A stretch of 25,689 nt of DNA, taken from positions 1 to 25,689 of the IMG/VR virus record IMGVR_UViG_3300027787_000007; one strand, given 5' to 3'. How positions within the stretch are numbered: the first letter of the stretch is position 1; every line of letters begins with the position of its first letter. A program made the translations under genes and the position numbers. Source of the stretch: a virus. Its lineage: Duplodnaviria > Caudoviricetes. Positions 1 through 9,654 of the stretch are shown here, in pieces. The notes beneath the pieces are model-generated. The model saw only the letters and a program-made list of their open reading frames with translations, made no database searches and was not told the DNA's origin.

Positions 1-2185
1 TGATCGCCACACCGAGCAGAATCATCGAGGCGGCCACGAAGGGCATCTTGGCGAAGCCCTTGAAGCCCGAGAACTTCTCGAATGCCAACATGAAGCCCAG
101 CAGCTGACCGAACATCACCGTCAAGGCCGTCAGCGAACTTGCAAGACCCGCCGCATCAACCTTGGAGAGGATCAGTACAGAGCCAGCCAACAAGCCGATA
201 GCCAACGCAATCTGCACGAGCGTGGCTGCCCGCAGCGTGTGCTGCATGGCACCAAGGCTGTCTGTGATGCCATCGAAAATGTCCCCCACGTTCTTTCCGA
301 TAGTACGAAGGGACAATATGAACGCCGTGAACGCGCCGCCGCCGATAGCTCCCACGATAGCTTCGAAGTTGATGCCCTGAAGGCTCTTCGAAACATCGAT
401 ACCCATGTCCTGGAGGAAGTCGCTGACATAGGAACCTGCCTTGTACGCCAGATTGACGACGTTGTCGAGAATATGGAACACGCCACCCCAGATCTTGGAG
501 ATGACGGCTCCGATCTTCTCGAGCGGATTGAGCTTGGCTGGGATGCTGGTGAGGCTCTTGGCCGCGTCTTGGCCGTTGAATCCGTCAAATATGCTTCCGA
601 GGAGGGTCAGAACAGACTTGAGGAAGCGAATGACCGGTTCGATGGCGTTACTGAGACCCTCGAAGAACTTGTGGATACCATCACCTTGCTTGATGGCGTT
701 CCGCAGCCCAACGATAAAGTCACCAATGTTGCCCGTGAACTCCAGAACGCTACCGGAGCCCTCAGTTACCACACCGAACAGACGTAGAAGGAAGCCGATT
801 CCTTCCTTGACGATCATCCAGCCGATGTCGAACAGTGCAAAGATTCCTGCAAATGTCCGCCGGAGATTCATTCCGGTATCAGCGCTGATTTTCAGGCTGG
901 AAGTGAAGTTCCGCAGCGAAACCGTCAAGTTGTACAACTGCTGCGCAGTGATCGGTGGAAATATCTCGTGGAAAGCGTCCTTGATCGGTGTCACGACCGC
1001 GATCAGAGCCTGGAACGCATTCTTTACCGCGTCCAACAGGACAGTCCGCCCGCCGAGCTCTTTCCAGTCCCCGAGAAGCTTGTTACGAGCATCTGAGGAC
1101 TTATTGATGAAGCCGCCGATGACGTCGTTGATGCCAGTGAACAGCTCTTTGGCCTCATCGAAGTCACCAAACAAGATCTGCCAGGTCCGAGCCCAGCCCG
1201 AGCCGACAGCCTCACGAAGAGTGCCGATGAGCTGAGTGAACGTCTTGACCTTGGTGGCGGCATCTTGTGCAGTTTTGCCGAGCTTGATGATGTCGGCGAT
1301 CTGCTTGTCCGTGTAGCCCATCTGCTTGAGTTGCTGAGCAGACAGATCCCCGGTGAATTTGTTAAGCGTCTCCGTCAGGATCTCGGCGGTGATCCAGCCC
1401 TTCTCCAAAGACGCCCGGAACGAGCCTTGCTTCTTGATGATGTCATCGATAGCCACACCGTGAACGCGGGCGGTCTCGATCAGTGCGTTCTGGAACACCT
1501 TGCCGCCAAGACCTGCGTTGACGACGGAGTTCCAGTCCATCAAAGTCAGCTTCCCGGCGGCGAGGGCCTGAGAGAGCTGATACATCGCCGCGGAGGCTTG
1601 TTCTGCGTTCGAGCCCGAGATCGCAGCAAGGTTGGCAATACCCTTGATGGCTCCTGTGGCGACGTCAAGCTTGACGCCAGCCGCAGTGAATGTACCAATA
1701 TTCCGTGCCATCTCCGAAAAGTTATAGATGGTTTGATCGGAGTATCGGTTCAACTCATCAAGCGCTTGAGTCACCCGGGCAAGGCCGGCGGCGCCTTCCA
1801 ATCCAGTGTTCGCAAGGATCGTCTGGATCGAATTCAGGTTGGTCTCGTACTCACGATAACCGTCGGCGATCGGCTGAATTGTGAGCGACTTGACCAGCTG
1901 GGCGCCGGTTGCAATGGCCTGGTGTGCGATCGTAGCCAGCGCAGTGATGCCGATGACAGACAACGCCTTGAACTTGTCGGCGAGATTCTGTACACCGGCT
2001 TCCACGCCGGAGAGGTTGACGTTTTGACCAGCCTTGCCGAGGTCCTGAAGACCCTTGGTGGCTCCCTCGAGCTGCAATCCCTTGTTGAGGGCAGCAAGAG
2101 ACTTCATCGTCTGAGCAACACGGGTTTCGAATTCCGCATTGTCAAACTTCATTTCTACAACTTTGGTGTCGATTGTTGCACTCAC
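1..2185 (-). CDS. Tape measure protein, N-terminal part (runs off window)
   Basis: GTG at 2185 overlaps the upstream stop (GTGA). Reads MSATIDTKVVEMKFDNAEFETRVAQT..., Ala/Gly-rich and helical, with a tape-measure-domain-like segment (YETNLNSIQTILANTG...LNRYSDQTIYNFSEM). I saw no stop before the window edge, and it lies after the tail genes. Confidence 0.9.
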   Translation of the reverse strand, partial: MSATIDTKVVEMKFDNAEFETRVAQTMKSLAALNKGLQLEGATKGLQDLGKAGQNVNLSGVEAGVQNLADKFKALSVIGITALATIAHQAIATGAQLVKSLTIQPIADGYREYETNLNSIQTILANTGLEGAAGLARVTQALDELNRYSDQTIYNFSEMARNIGTFTAAGVKLDVATGAIKGIANLAAISGSNAEQASAAMYQLSQALAAGKLTLMDWNSVVNAGLGGKVFQNALIETARVHGVAIDDIIKKQGSFRASLEKGWITAEILTETLNKFTGDLSAQQLKQMGYTDKQIADIIKLGKTAQDAATKVKTFTQLIGTLREAVGSGWARTWQILFGDFDEAKELFTGINDVIGGFINKSSDARNKLLGDWKELGGRTVLLDAVKNAFQALIAVVTPIKDAFHEIFPPITAQQLYNLTVSLRNFTSSLKISADTGMNLRRTFAGIFALFDIGWMIVKEGIGFLLRLFGVVTEGSGSVLEFTGNIGDFIVGLRNAIKQGDGIHKFFEGLSNAIEPVIRFLKSVLTLLGSIFDGFNGQDAAKSLTSIPAKLNPLEKIGAVISKIWGGVFHILDNVVNLAYKAGSYVSDFLQDMGIDVSKSLQGINFEAIVGAIGGGAFTAFILSLRTIGKNVGDIFDGITDSLGAMQHTLRAATLVQIALAIGLLAGSVLILSKVDAAGLASSLTALTVMFGQLLGFMLAFEKFSGFKGFAKMPFVAASMILLGVAI

Positions 2186-2559
2186 GCTGAGATCACCGCC
2201 CTCCATACCTCGTTTGCGATCTGGTCAAATATCGGTCGAATGGCAGGATTGATGAAGTCCCTGCCTTGGACGAATCCTCCGGTACCGGTTCCGTGGCCGT
2301 ACTGAAGCATGATTACGACTGGAAACCCACTCTCGATATCGGTATTCGTCCACACGATCTTGTGTGTGCCACCCTTACTGCTTACTTCGAATCCCCACGA
2401 CGCCTTTGCACGACCAGAATCCTGTGGCGTAGCCGCTGCGAGTGCAGCTACGCCCTTCTGTCCGTTTGCATTCAGAACAGCATCGATGTTGAGTTTCGAC
2501 AGGTTCTGAAGAAATCGCTCTGTCTTTGCGAAGGAGCCCCTCGTTACGTAGTAAACCAT
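2182..2559 (-). CDS. HK97 gp10-like neck/tail completion protein
   Basis: 125 aa with TPQDSGRAKASW, LQYGHGT and GRDFINPA motifs typical of HK97-gp10-like proteins; immediately upstream of the tape measure gene. Confidence 0.7.
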   Translation of the reverse strand: MVYYVTRGSFAKTERFLQNLSKLNIDAVLNANGQKGVAALAAATPQDSGRAKASWGFEVSSKGGTHKIVWTNTDIESGFPVVIMLQYGHGTGTGGFVQGRDFINPAIRPIFDQIANEVWRAVISA

Positions 2560-2570
2560 CAGGCTCCGTT

Positions 2571-3458
2571 CTAGACATCGGCTCCAGATCCGGCATCTGC
2601 AACAGGAACGCCGCAGTCTTCGACCCAGAATTTGATGTTCACACCGGTGGCGTCGATCTTCGCGTTGCCCGCAGTCCCCGCCGTACGTGCGACGAACAGC
2701 GTCACCTTGTGTGTGGCGGTGCTTCCTGCGACGACAAGCTCGTTCACGGTGACAAGTTCATATCGACCTGCGTTGACGATGTTTCGAGGCAGCGTGCAGA
2801 CCTCAGTGTCGCTCGTGGTGGGATCGACGCCGGTGGTTGTCATGAAAACGCGCGCAGCGACCTCGTCGTTCGCACCACCAGTGAGGTGCAGACCATTACT
2901 GCGAATCCGATAAGCACGCCCCGAAACTGCCGACCAGCTCAGCTTGACGACGCCCTGACCACTGGACGACGTGGTCGCGGTGCTGTTGCTGGTTCTGGTC
3001 CGTCGAGCGACGATTCCGAGAGGCCGTGGGGTGACGTTCGTGGTGTTGTTGGCTGCCACGACTGCCGCAACGTTAGCCGGCGTGCAGGCACGAGCGGTAT
3101 CAGTACCCGTCGTCGCTTCAGCATCGGTTGCAAGTTCCACCTTGCCTTGAACTGTGGTGCTTGCGGAGGGAACCTTACCCGGAACGTTGGCCGTCAGAGT
3201 CGCATCGAGACCAGCAGGTGTTACCGCACGAACCGAATCGGAGCCAGCGGTCGTTTCTGCGGTCGTAGCAAGTTCGACAAGACCTTTCGTGGTGGTGTCA
3301 GCGTCCGGAATCGTGATGATCGGCGAACCAGCATTGATATTTGACCCACCACGTGTAGTGAGGATCAAATCTCCGGATCCGTCGAATGCGCCAGTCTCGA
3401 TCAGTTCGTCGAGAGCAGCGTTGGTTGCATCCGCGGACATAACTACGGCTGTAGCCAT
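2571..3458 (-). CDS. Minor tail / tail fibre protein with fibre repeats
   Basis: Two copies of a tail-fibre-type repeat (ADTTTKGLVELATTAETTAG / ASTTVQGKVELATDAEATTG, followed by RAVTPA / RACTPA); beta-rich C-terminus. Confidence 0.7.
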   Translation of the reverse strand: MATAVVMSADATNAALDELIETGAFDGSGDLILTTRGGSNINAGSPIITIPDADTTTKGLVELATTAETTAGSDSVRAVTPAGLDATLTANVPGKVPSASTTVQGKVELATDAEATTGTDTARACTPANVAAVVAANNTTNVTPRPLGIVARRTRTSNSTATTSSSGQGVVKLSWSAVSGRAYRIRSNGLHLTGGANDEVAARVFMTTTGVDPTTSDTEVCTLPRNIVNAGRYELVTVNELVVAGSTATHKVTLFVARTAGTAGNAKIDATGVNIKFWVEDCGVPVADAGSGADV

Positions 3459-3467
3459 ACCTGTCTC

Positions 3468-4256
3468 CTACAGTGAGCTGATCGAGTAGGTGTCGGCGTC
3501 AATCGCGACAACAGACGGCCAGGTTACTTCAACCGTGTCGGCTGTCGGGAATGAAATCGCCTCGTCGGGACCGCTGATCGTGTACGTGCCATCGAGGTTG
3601 TCCGTCACCGAGAGAATCGCGTAGGTATCGAAGATGGTTACCATCTCAGCGAAGGTAGGTAGCCGTGGTTCATCCTCTACGCTTCCATAGAGAATATCTT
3701 CGATGTCACTCAAAGCGCTCGGGTTGGTGAATCGACTGTCGATCACAAGATGAGCCGTTGGCTTCACGCCAGTCATCGTACCTGGCAGTGTCGTGATGTC
3801 CCATTTGAACTCCAGAGCCTCGACATCATCGTCAAGCGTTCCGTAGTCCTTGTCGGATGGGGCAGCCAACGCGTTGTACACGATGTGGATTCGGTATCCG
3901 TATTCCGAGTTCTGTTCGTTTCCTACCTTGGTTCGATAGGACAACCCGAACTGCTTACGCACTTGCTGTGTCGCGTAGAACCCAGAGTGAACCCGAGCGG
4001 AGCCATCACATTCCGCGAATTCGTCCGGGTAGGTGTACGCCTCAATCGTTGCTTCGTATTCCTCAGCCGAAGCGACGTTGGCGTACTTCAAGCCGTCGAT
4101 GTAGTACCCCTGAGCCTTGCCACCGGAGGGTCGTTCGTTTACCGCGGTCAGTCCGTTCCACGGAACGCCACTCCCAATCGCTGGATACAGAACACCACGG
4201 TCAATGCCGGTTTCGAAGAAGTTCTTACCGGGCAGATTCCATACGATTCGGGGCAC
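3468..4256 (-). CDS. Major tail protein paralogue 2
   Basis: Shares ETG[IV]DRGVLY, WNGL, TIEAYTYP.EFAECDGS and YGY..H.VYNALAAPS.K with 4826..5698. Confidence 0.85.
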   Translation of the reverse strand: MPRIVWNLPGKNFFETGIDRGVLYPAIGSGVPWNGLTAVNERPSGGKAQGYYIDGLKYANVASAEEYEATIEAYTYPDEFAECDGSARVHSGFYATQQVRKQFGLSYRTKVGNEQNSEYGYRIHIVYNALAAPSDKDYGTLDDDVEALEFKWDITTLPGTMTGVKPTAHLVIDSRFTNPSALSDIEDILYGSVEDEPRLPTFAEMVTIFDTYAILSVTDNLDGTYTISGPDEAISFPTADTVEVTWPSVVAIDADTYSISSL

Positions 4257-4268
4257 GCAACCCTCCTC

Positions 4269-4808
4269 TCATCCAGAAGTACCGAGTTGTGCCTTGCGTT
4301 GCGCGTTCAAGTTGCGTCGTGCAGCCATGTCAGGCTTTCCAGCCTTCTTCTGTGGTTGATTCTTGGCTGCACACACTCGGATAAGCATCAACAACCGATT
4401 CAAATGCCAGTCTTGGCACTCGAAGGGGATGTTGTGACTGACCATCCAGTAGTAGATTACCTCGGAAGTGACCCTCTCCCGAGAAGGTCTGGTTCCTGGA
4501 CGGTCCCGGACAGTCGTCGCAGTCATCTTCTTGTTGATGTATTCGTTGATTTCGTCGAAGTGCTTGTTCGTCAAACGGGAAAAGACCTCCGGGGGAATTT
4601 CCCCGTCGACACACATCATCCTGACGTATGCTTTGGTCTCTGGAATCGTCCGCTCCTGATCACCCAAGAACGGCCTTTCGAATCTTGACTCCCATTTTGA
4701 CATAGATCGAAGAGAATGCTCGAGCCTCAGCACCGTCGATGGTGTCCGAGTGAACCGTGCGTGTTCATCGTCGTAACACTCGTCTCCGAGCACCAAAAGC
4801 TCGAGCAT
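4269..4808 (-). CDS. Conserved tail-region protein (possible tail assembly chaperone)
   Basis: AGGAGG lies 6 nt before the ATG at 4808. Sits between the two tail tube genes, with LEHSL..SKWES and WHLNRL motifs. Function is inferred from position only. Confidence 0.5.
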   Translation of the reverse strand: MLELLVLGDECYDDEHARFTRTPSTVLRLEHSLRSMSKWESRFERPFLGDQERTIPETKAYVRMMCVDGEIPPEVFSRLTNKHFDEINEYINKKMTATTVRDRPGTRPSRERVTSEVIYYWMVSHNIPFECQDWHLNRLLMLIRVCAAKNQPQKKAGKPDMAARRNLNAQRKAQLGTSG

Positions 4809-4825
4809 TCTCATCCTCCTACTGG

Positions 4826-5698
4826 CTACGCGAAGGTGATCAGCCAGTCGTCGTCGGTCGGAGTCGGGAACTTGTAGCCCGGCAGCGGGTTCGCCGTGAC
4901 CAGCGTGTTCTCCGTGATCGGACCGTAGGACCCGGACGGGACCACAACACCGCCGATGCGGTACTCGACACCGGTGACCGACGGGATCGTGATGATGTCG
5001 GTCGTCGAGTTGTACGTCGGTGCCGTCGGCGTGGCCGTCGTCAGCGCACCGGCGAAGATCGCGATGACCGCGTCCGGCGACGGAAGCGACGGGTCAGTGC
5101 CGGCCGTGCCGTACAGGAACTGCTCGAGCTCGGTCAGATCCGCCGAACCGACCTTCGTCGAATCGATGGTGATCAGCGACGTCGGCTTCTGCCCGGTGAC
5201 CGGCGCCGGCGTGGTGCTGAACTCCCACGAGAACGAGACGGCCTCGGGCGAGTCATTGATCGTCGAGAACGCCTTCTCGGAGGGGGCGGCCAGAGCGTTG
5301 TACACGAGGTGCAACTTGTAGCCGTACTCCTCCTTCTCCAAGTCGTTGCCGAGCCGGGTCCGGTAGGACATGCCGAAGGTCTTGCGAGGCTGCTGACCGA
5401 CGAACACGCCAGTCTCGACCTCGACCGAACCGTCGCACTCCGCGAACTCGTTGGGGTAGGTGTACGCCTCGATGGTGCCCTTGAAGCGCTCCACCGAGAT
5501 CAGGTTCAGGTACAGAATGTTGTCGGCGTACGTCTCGGTGACTTCGGCACCTTCGGGCGACTCGGTGACGGTCTCCAGACCGTTCCAAGCGTAGCCGTTG
5601 ACGTACGCACCGGACTCGTCCGGCAGGTAAAGGACACCGCGGTCGACACCGGTCTCGTAGTACCGCTGCCCGACGGCGTCCCAGTTCAGAACTGCCAT
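4826..5698 (-). CDS. Major tail protein with C-terminal Ig-like extension
   Basis: 290 aa, follows the tail terminator, strongly GC3-biased codons. The C-terminal ~70 aa is a beta-rich domain (TPTAPT..ITIPSVTGVEY..GYKF..W). Confidence 0.88.
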   Translation of the reverse strand: MAVLNWDAVGQRYYETGVDRGVLYLPDESGAYVNGYAWNGLETVTESPEGAEVTETYADNILYLNLISVERFKGTIEAYTYPNEFAECDGSVEVETGVFVGQQPRKTFGMSYRTRLGNDLEKEEYGYKLHLVYNALAAPSEKAFSTINDSPEAVSFSWEFSTTPAPVTGQKPTSLITIDSTKVGSADLTELEQFLYGTAGTDPSLPSPDAVIAIFAGALTTATPTAPTYNSTTDIITIPSVTGVEYRIGGVVVPSGSYGPITENTLVTANPLPGYKFPTPTDDDWLITFA

Positions 5699-5710
5699 TG
5701 TTGCTCCCTC

Positions 5711-6019
5711 TCAGAAGACCAGGGTGAAGACGTCGTGATTGAGATCGTGAATGGCGAAAAACCGGATATGAACACACTTGGGTTCTTGCATCAGAGTTCG
5801 AACCACAGTTTCGTCCGGATCACGGCTAATCGCCATCACCTGGTACCGCATCTCGTTGTGATACGGTCGGTTGCCCGCGAATTCGGTATCCCCACGGTCG
5901 CGTCGATACACGATCGCCGGATACTGCATGTTCGCATCGTCAGGCGGCTGGAAATATACGTTCCCAGAGCCAAGAAGAGACTCCAAACGAGCTTGGAGTT
6001 CCTCACGGCGTGGGTCCAT
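5711..6019 (-). CDS. Tail terminator / tail completion protein
   Basis: 102 aa with NVYFQPP...MQYPAIVY motif; canonical position upstream of the major tail gene. Confidence 0.7.
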   Translation of the reverse strand: MDPRREELQARLESLLGSGNVYFQPPDDANMQYPAIVYRRDRGDTEFAGNRPYHNEMRYQVMAISRDPDETVVRTLMQEPKCVHIRFFAIHDLNHDVFTLVF

Positions 6020-6326
6020 TGTAGACCTCCCCCAACCTCAGGATGAGACGGGGCCTCTGGACCTGAACGTTTGTCACCGTCCAGAGGACACCCATCCATC
6101 TGACGTAGCGAATGGCAAAGAAATTCAGGTTCGCGTATGCATCTGCGACGATGCTGACCGAATTGCTGAGAACAACATCCTTGTTCAGTTTGTCGTCCTC
6201 CTGCAAACGCCGACTGTTCTGGATGATCTCACCCATGTACGTTTTCTCGGTGATTACATCGCGGTGAACGCCTGGCGCAGACTCGGTCTTCGTCGCATAA
6301 CCGACCTCACCGTAGAACTTTGCCAT
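6003..6326 (-). CDS. Head-to-tail stopper (head closure) protein
   Basis: 107 aa, beta-rich, directly downstream of the capsid gene; ends WTVTNVQVQRPRLILRLG. Confidence 0.65.
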   Translation of the reverse strand: MAKFYGEVGYATKTESAPGVHRDVITEKTYMGEIIQNSRRLQEDDKLNKDVVLSNSVSIVADAYANLNFFAIRYVRWMGVLWTVTNVQVQRPRLILRLGEVYNGPTP

Positions 6327-6341
6327 CGCGGGTACCGCCTA

Positions 6342-8378
6342 TCAGGCAGCGTCGCGCTTGAAGGTCCAGGTCTTCGGACCGGTCCGCAGGTAGTAGCCGC
6401 TGGCGGCCTCGGCACGGATCGTGACGTAGGTACCCGCCGGGATGGCCGTCTGCGCACCCGAGGAGAGGGTCGCGTCCGTGGCGTCGTTCTTGTAGACCAC
6501 GCCGGTGACCGACGGGATCGTGACGACACCGGTGCTGCTGACGAACGCCGGCGCGGTCGGCGTGACCAGCGTGTCGCTGTCGCCCGAACGCATGACGATG
6601 ACAGCCGACTTGTACTTGGTCAGAGCGCCCGACAGACGGGTCTCGATCAGGTACGTGTAGGTGTTGTAGTCGATGTTGAAGTCGTCGAAGGTGGTCAGTT
6701 CCCCGCCGCGGTTGGTGCCGATGGCGTAGTCCACCAGGTTGACGAAGATGCCAAGGACGTCGGCGTAGTCCGCGTCCTCCATCACCTCGACCTCGACGAT
6801 CTCGTTCACCATCAGCGCGTTGGCCAGCGCCGCCTTCGAGTCGTACAGCCGCCGACCCGTGGTGTCCTTGATCAGGAGCATCTCCGCCATGGTGGCGTAG
6901 GTGCAGAAGAAGTCCGGCGTACCCGTGCCGCGGTACTGGCTGCGGGCCCGGATGAGCTCCTCGATGACCTCGTTGTAGCTCGAGTTGGCGTCGCCGAGGT
7001 TGATCGTCAGCGTCGTCGCGTAGACGTGGTGCTCGTGCAGGATCGACCGGATGCCGGTGCCCTCGTTGGCGCCCTCCGGGTCCTTGATCTTGTCCGGGTC
7101 GTCCACGGCGCGGCCGTCACCGATGAGGATCGCGCGCGCGAGCTCCTCCTTGATCATGAAGCGCATCTCTTCCCAGAGCCACGCCACGACGTCGAAGTCG
7201 GTGATGTCCAGGAGCGTGTCCCGGTCCATCTTCTGCTTCTTGTAGACGGTCGAGGGCCCGGTGGTCCGCTGGCTGACCGGGAACCACTGCTCCTTCTTGA
7301 ACTCGCCGGTGATGTAGCCCTTGGCGCGAGCCTCCTCGTAGGTGAGGTCCGCCAGCATGTTCTTGATCTTGGCGAAGGGCAGGTGGCGGGTGCCGTTGAT
7401 GACCCGGTCGACCCACTCAGACCGCCGGCGGATCCACTCCGGCCGCTCGGTGAGCATCTTGGCGTCCGGGAACAGCGACTCGACGCTGTCGATCCCGTGC
7501 GAGAGGGCGAACTCCTTGACCGCGCCCATGAAGTCACCGGAGCGCTTGGCGTTCGCGAAGATGGTCTCGCAGTCACTGTGCGTCAGGGCGTACCCCTGGC
7601 CGCCGGCGGTGTCGACACCACCCTTGTTGTTCTGGTCGAAGACGTTCCGAGTACCCATCTCTCCGGGTTCCTCCTTCTGGTCGTGGATGAGGTCGCCCTC
7701 GGTCTGCTTGTCGCCCTGTTCCAGATCCGCCGGCTTGACACCGGCTGCTTCGAGAGCCTTCTGGACCATGAAGGCGGCGACGTCCTTGTCTTGCTGGGAC
7801 CAGGAGTCGTAGATCTCCCGGATCGTCGGGTCGTCGGCGGAGTGCTCGGCCTCGCCGCCGGTTTCGTCGTCGGTCTCTGATTCGTCGGCGGAATCAGGAA
7901 CCTCGATCTCGAGACCGGTGTGGATGATCGCGTCTTCGTCGGAGACGGTGACGTCAGCTGGGTCATCGCTGTGCTGGATGCGAACCCAGTCGATGACTGC
8001 GCCCTTGTTGGCACCCGCGAGAACCAGACTCACCTCGCAGATCTGACCGTGAAGAACGCTCTTAACCTTGCCGAGCATCTTCTCGACCAGCCGGTTGGCG
8101 TAGATCGACATGTTCTTGATGTCACCATGCTGAACCAACGCCTTGGCGTTCTGGCCCTGCTTGGTGCCGTTGAGGAAGCCCCAGGCGTAGACACCGTCAG
8201 GGCGAGCCTCGAGAATGGCGTGACCCAGCACATTCTCAGGGCTGTTGTGTCCGTGCTGCCAGACGAGCGGAACCGTCATCTTGTCCTGGTGCCGGAAAGC
8301 TTCAGGAGTGATAACCCGTCCATCGGAGCACTCGAGACCAGCCTTGGTGGCGTAGCCGCTGAAGTCAGCGTCTTCCAT
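6342..8378 (-). CDS. Fused prohead protease + major capsid protein (HK97 fold) with C-terminal Ig-like domain
   Basis: Likely start is the ATG at 8378 after GGAGGG, not 8582. The N-terminus has HK97-protease motifs (FSGYAT, VPLVWQHGH, MSIYA, EVSLVLAGAN), then an acidic linker, then the capsid domain (EELARAILIGDG, YLIETRLSGAL). Confidence 0.88.
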   Translation of the reverse strand: MEDADFSGYATKAGLECSDGRVITPEAFRHQDKMTVPLVWQHGHNSPENVLGHAILEARPDGVYAWGFLNGTKQGQNAKALVQHGDIKNMSIYANRLVEKMLGKVKSVLHGQICEVSLVLAGANKGAVIDWVRIQHSDDPADVTVSDEDAIIHTGLEIEVPDSADESETDDETGGEAEHSADDPTIREIYDSWSQQDKDVAAFMVQKALEAAGVKPADLEQGDKQTEGDLIHDQKEEPGEMGTRNVFDQNNKGGVDTAGGQGYALTHSDCETIFANAKRSGDFMGAVKEFALSHGIDSVESLFPDAKMLTERPEWIRRRSEWVDRVINGTRHLPFAKIKNMLADLTYEEARAKGYITGEFKKEQWFPVSQRTTGPSTVYKKQKMDRDTLLDITDFDVVAWLWEEMRFMIKEELARAILIGDGRAVDDPDKIKDPEGANEGTGIRSILHEHHVYATTLTINLGDANSSYNEVIEELIRARSQYRGTGTPDFFCTYATMAEMLLIKDTTGRRLYDSKAALANALMVNEIVEVEVMEDADYADVLGIFVNLVDYAIGTNRGGELTTFDDFNIDYNTYTYLIETRLSGALTKYKSAVIVMRSGDSDTLVTPTAPAFVSSTGVVTIPSVTGVVYKNDATDATLSSGAQTAIPAGTYVTIRAEAASGYYLRTGPKTWTFKRDAA

Positions 8379-9636
8379 TTTGACTGTCTCCCTCCAGATC
8401 TGTGGTTGGATCCGACCCCGATGAGGACGGAACTGCGCTTGGACTTGCTGATTCTGACGGCATGTTCGGGTTACGAAGTTGATCAGCCTTCGCATCCTTA
8501 ACCGGCGGGAAACCGATGACGCCGCGCATCTCATTTGCGGTTGCGACTTCGTTCCGGATGAACTTGTCTGCGATCTCCGCAATCTTCTCCATGGGAACCT
8601 GCTTGAAAGCGTTCATGAAGAAGAGAATCCACTGTCGTTGCGAGCGAGCGGTCTTCGAGAGGAGAGTCCGCCTCATGGCTTCGACAATGGCTGTTAGCAG
8701 AGGTTCAACCGTACGGTTCTTGTAATTCAACATTGCCGCTTCATCCGCGGTTCCGTTCATTACCGATTCGGTCAAACCCAGCTGGGAGTACAACATCGCC
8801 ATGAGGTACTCGACCTGCTTGAGAAGGTTGTTCTCAGCCGCTCGATTCAGCTGAGTGATCTTCTCAGTTCCGTCTGTGTAAGCAATGCCGTACTGACTGC
8901 CCTTGAGCTGGAACTCGATGTCTTTACGTCGTTGTTCTGCTTGCTGTCGGCGTGCCTCAGACTTCACGACGTACGGAAGCTGGATGATCAGGTCCAGTTT
9001 TCCAGAAGCAACAAGCTCGTCAGCGTTGTCCAACAAGTTCAACTTGTGGATCAAACGCTTCAGAGTCGAGTTCGGCTCATTCATCACGGAATAGAGAGGA
9101 TTCTCTACGATCGCGACGAATCTCTTCTCGAGAGTGACTTCTTCGCGACGGCCGGTCTGATCGTTGTAGAGATCCACGCGCACATGTCGTGGAGACCATT
9201 TCACAATCTTTCCGACACGCATTGTCTTGATGTCAAACCCCGTCGAATCCGCAGGGTTGACAGACGTGTCGACCGGAACTATCGCGATTACGCCTTGGTC
9301 GAGAATGCTCATAACCACGTCTTGGCGGAACATTCTCGCTGCCTGGTCGATATTGGCTTCGACGGTCAGACAGTTGTTCAGTCCGCTCGGAATGTCAGAT
9401 TCGTAACGACCCTGATCATCCAACCGCACATGCCGAATGTCCACTGAAGCAACATCCATTGCAATGCGGGTGTAGATCGAGGATATGATCGATCGTTCAT
9501 TACCGAGCATCATTCGAGGTCGGTCAGGACGAGTCCCGTATGAAGTTCCTGTGTCGTCGAATGGCCGATTCTCGAGATTGAAAAACGCATTCCACGCGTG
9601 CTTCAGACGGTCACCTACTTTAGCTGCCCATGCCAC
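8365..9636 (-). CDS. Portal protein
   Basis: 423 aa between TerL and the protease-capsid gene; AGGAGGTGA before the GTG start; HK97-portal-like features (IYTRIAMDVAS, TANEMRGVIG). Confidence 0.88.
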   Translation of the reverse strand: MAWAAKVGDRLKHAWNAFFNLENRPFDDTGTSYGTRPDRPRMMLGNERSIISSIYTRIAMDVASVDIRHVRLDDQGRYESDIPSGLNNCLTVEANIDQAARMFRQDVVMSILDQGVIAIVPVDTSVNPADSTGFDIKTMRVGKIVKWSPRHVRVDLYNDQTGRREEVTLEKRFVAIVENPLYSVMNEPNSTLKRLIHKLNLLDNADELVASGKLDLIIQLPYVVKSEARRQQAEQRRKDIEFQLKGSQYGIAYTDGTEKITQLNRAAENNLLKQVEYLMAMLYSQLGLTESVMNGTADEAAMLNYKNRTVEPLLTAIVEAMRRTLLSKTARSQRQWILFFMNAFKQVPMEKIAEIADKFIRNEVATANEMRGVIGFPPVKDAKADQLRNPNMPSESASPSAVPSSSGSDPTTDLEGDSQNGRR

Positions 9637-9654
9637 GTACTCACCTCCTCTCCC

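Noticed and set aside
162-8501. Long plus-strand ORFs (e.g. 1265..2305, 4757..6046, 5871..7880)
   Set aside because: Antisense shadows of GC3-biased minus-strand genes; no recognisable motifs.
8379-8582. N-terminal 68 aa of the 746-aa ORF call
   Set aside because: Overlaps the portal gene; the RBS and the protease domain start point to the ATG at 8378.
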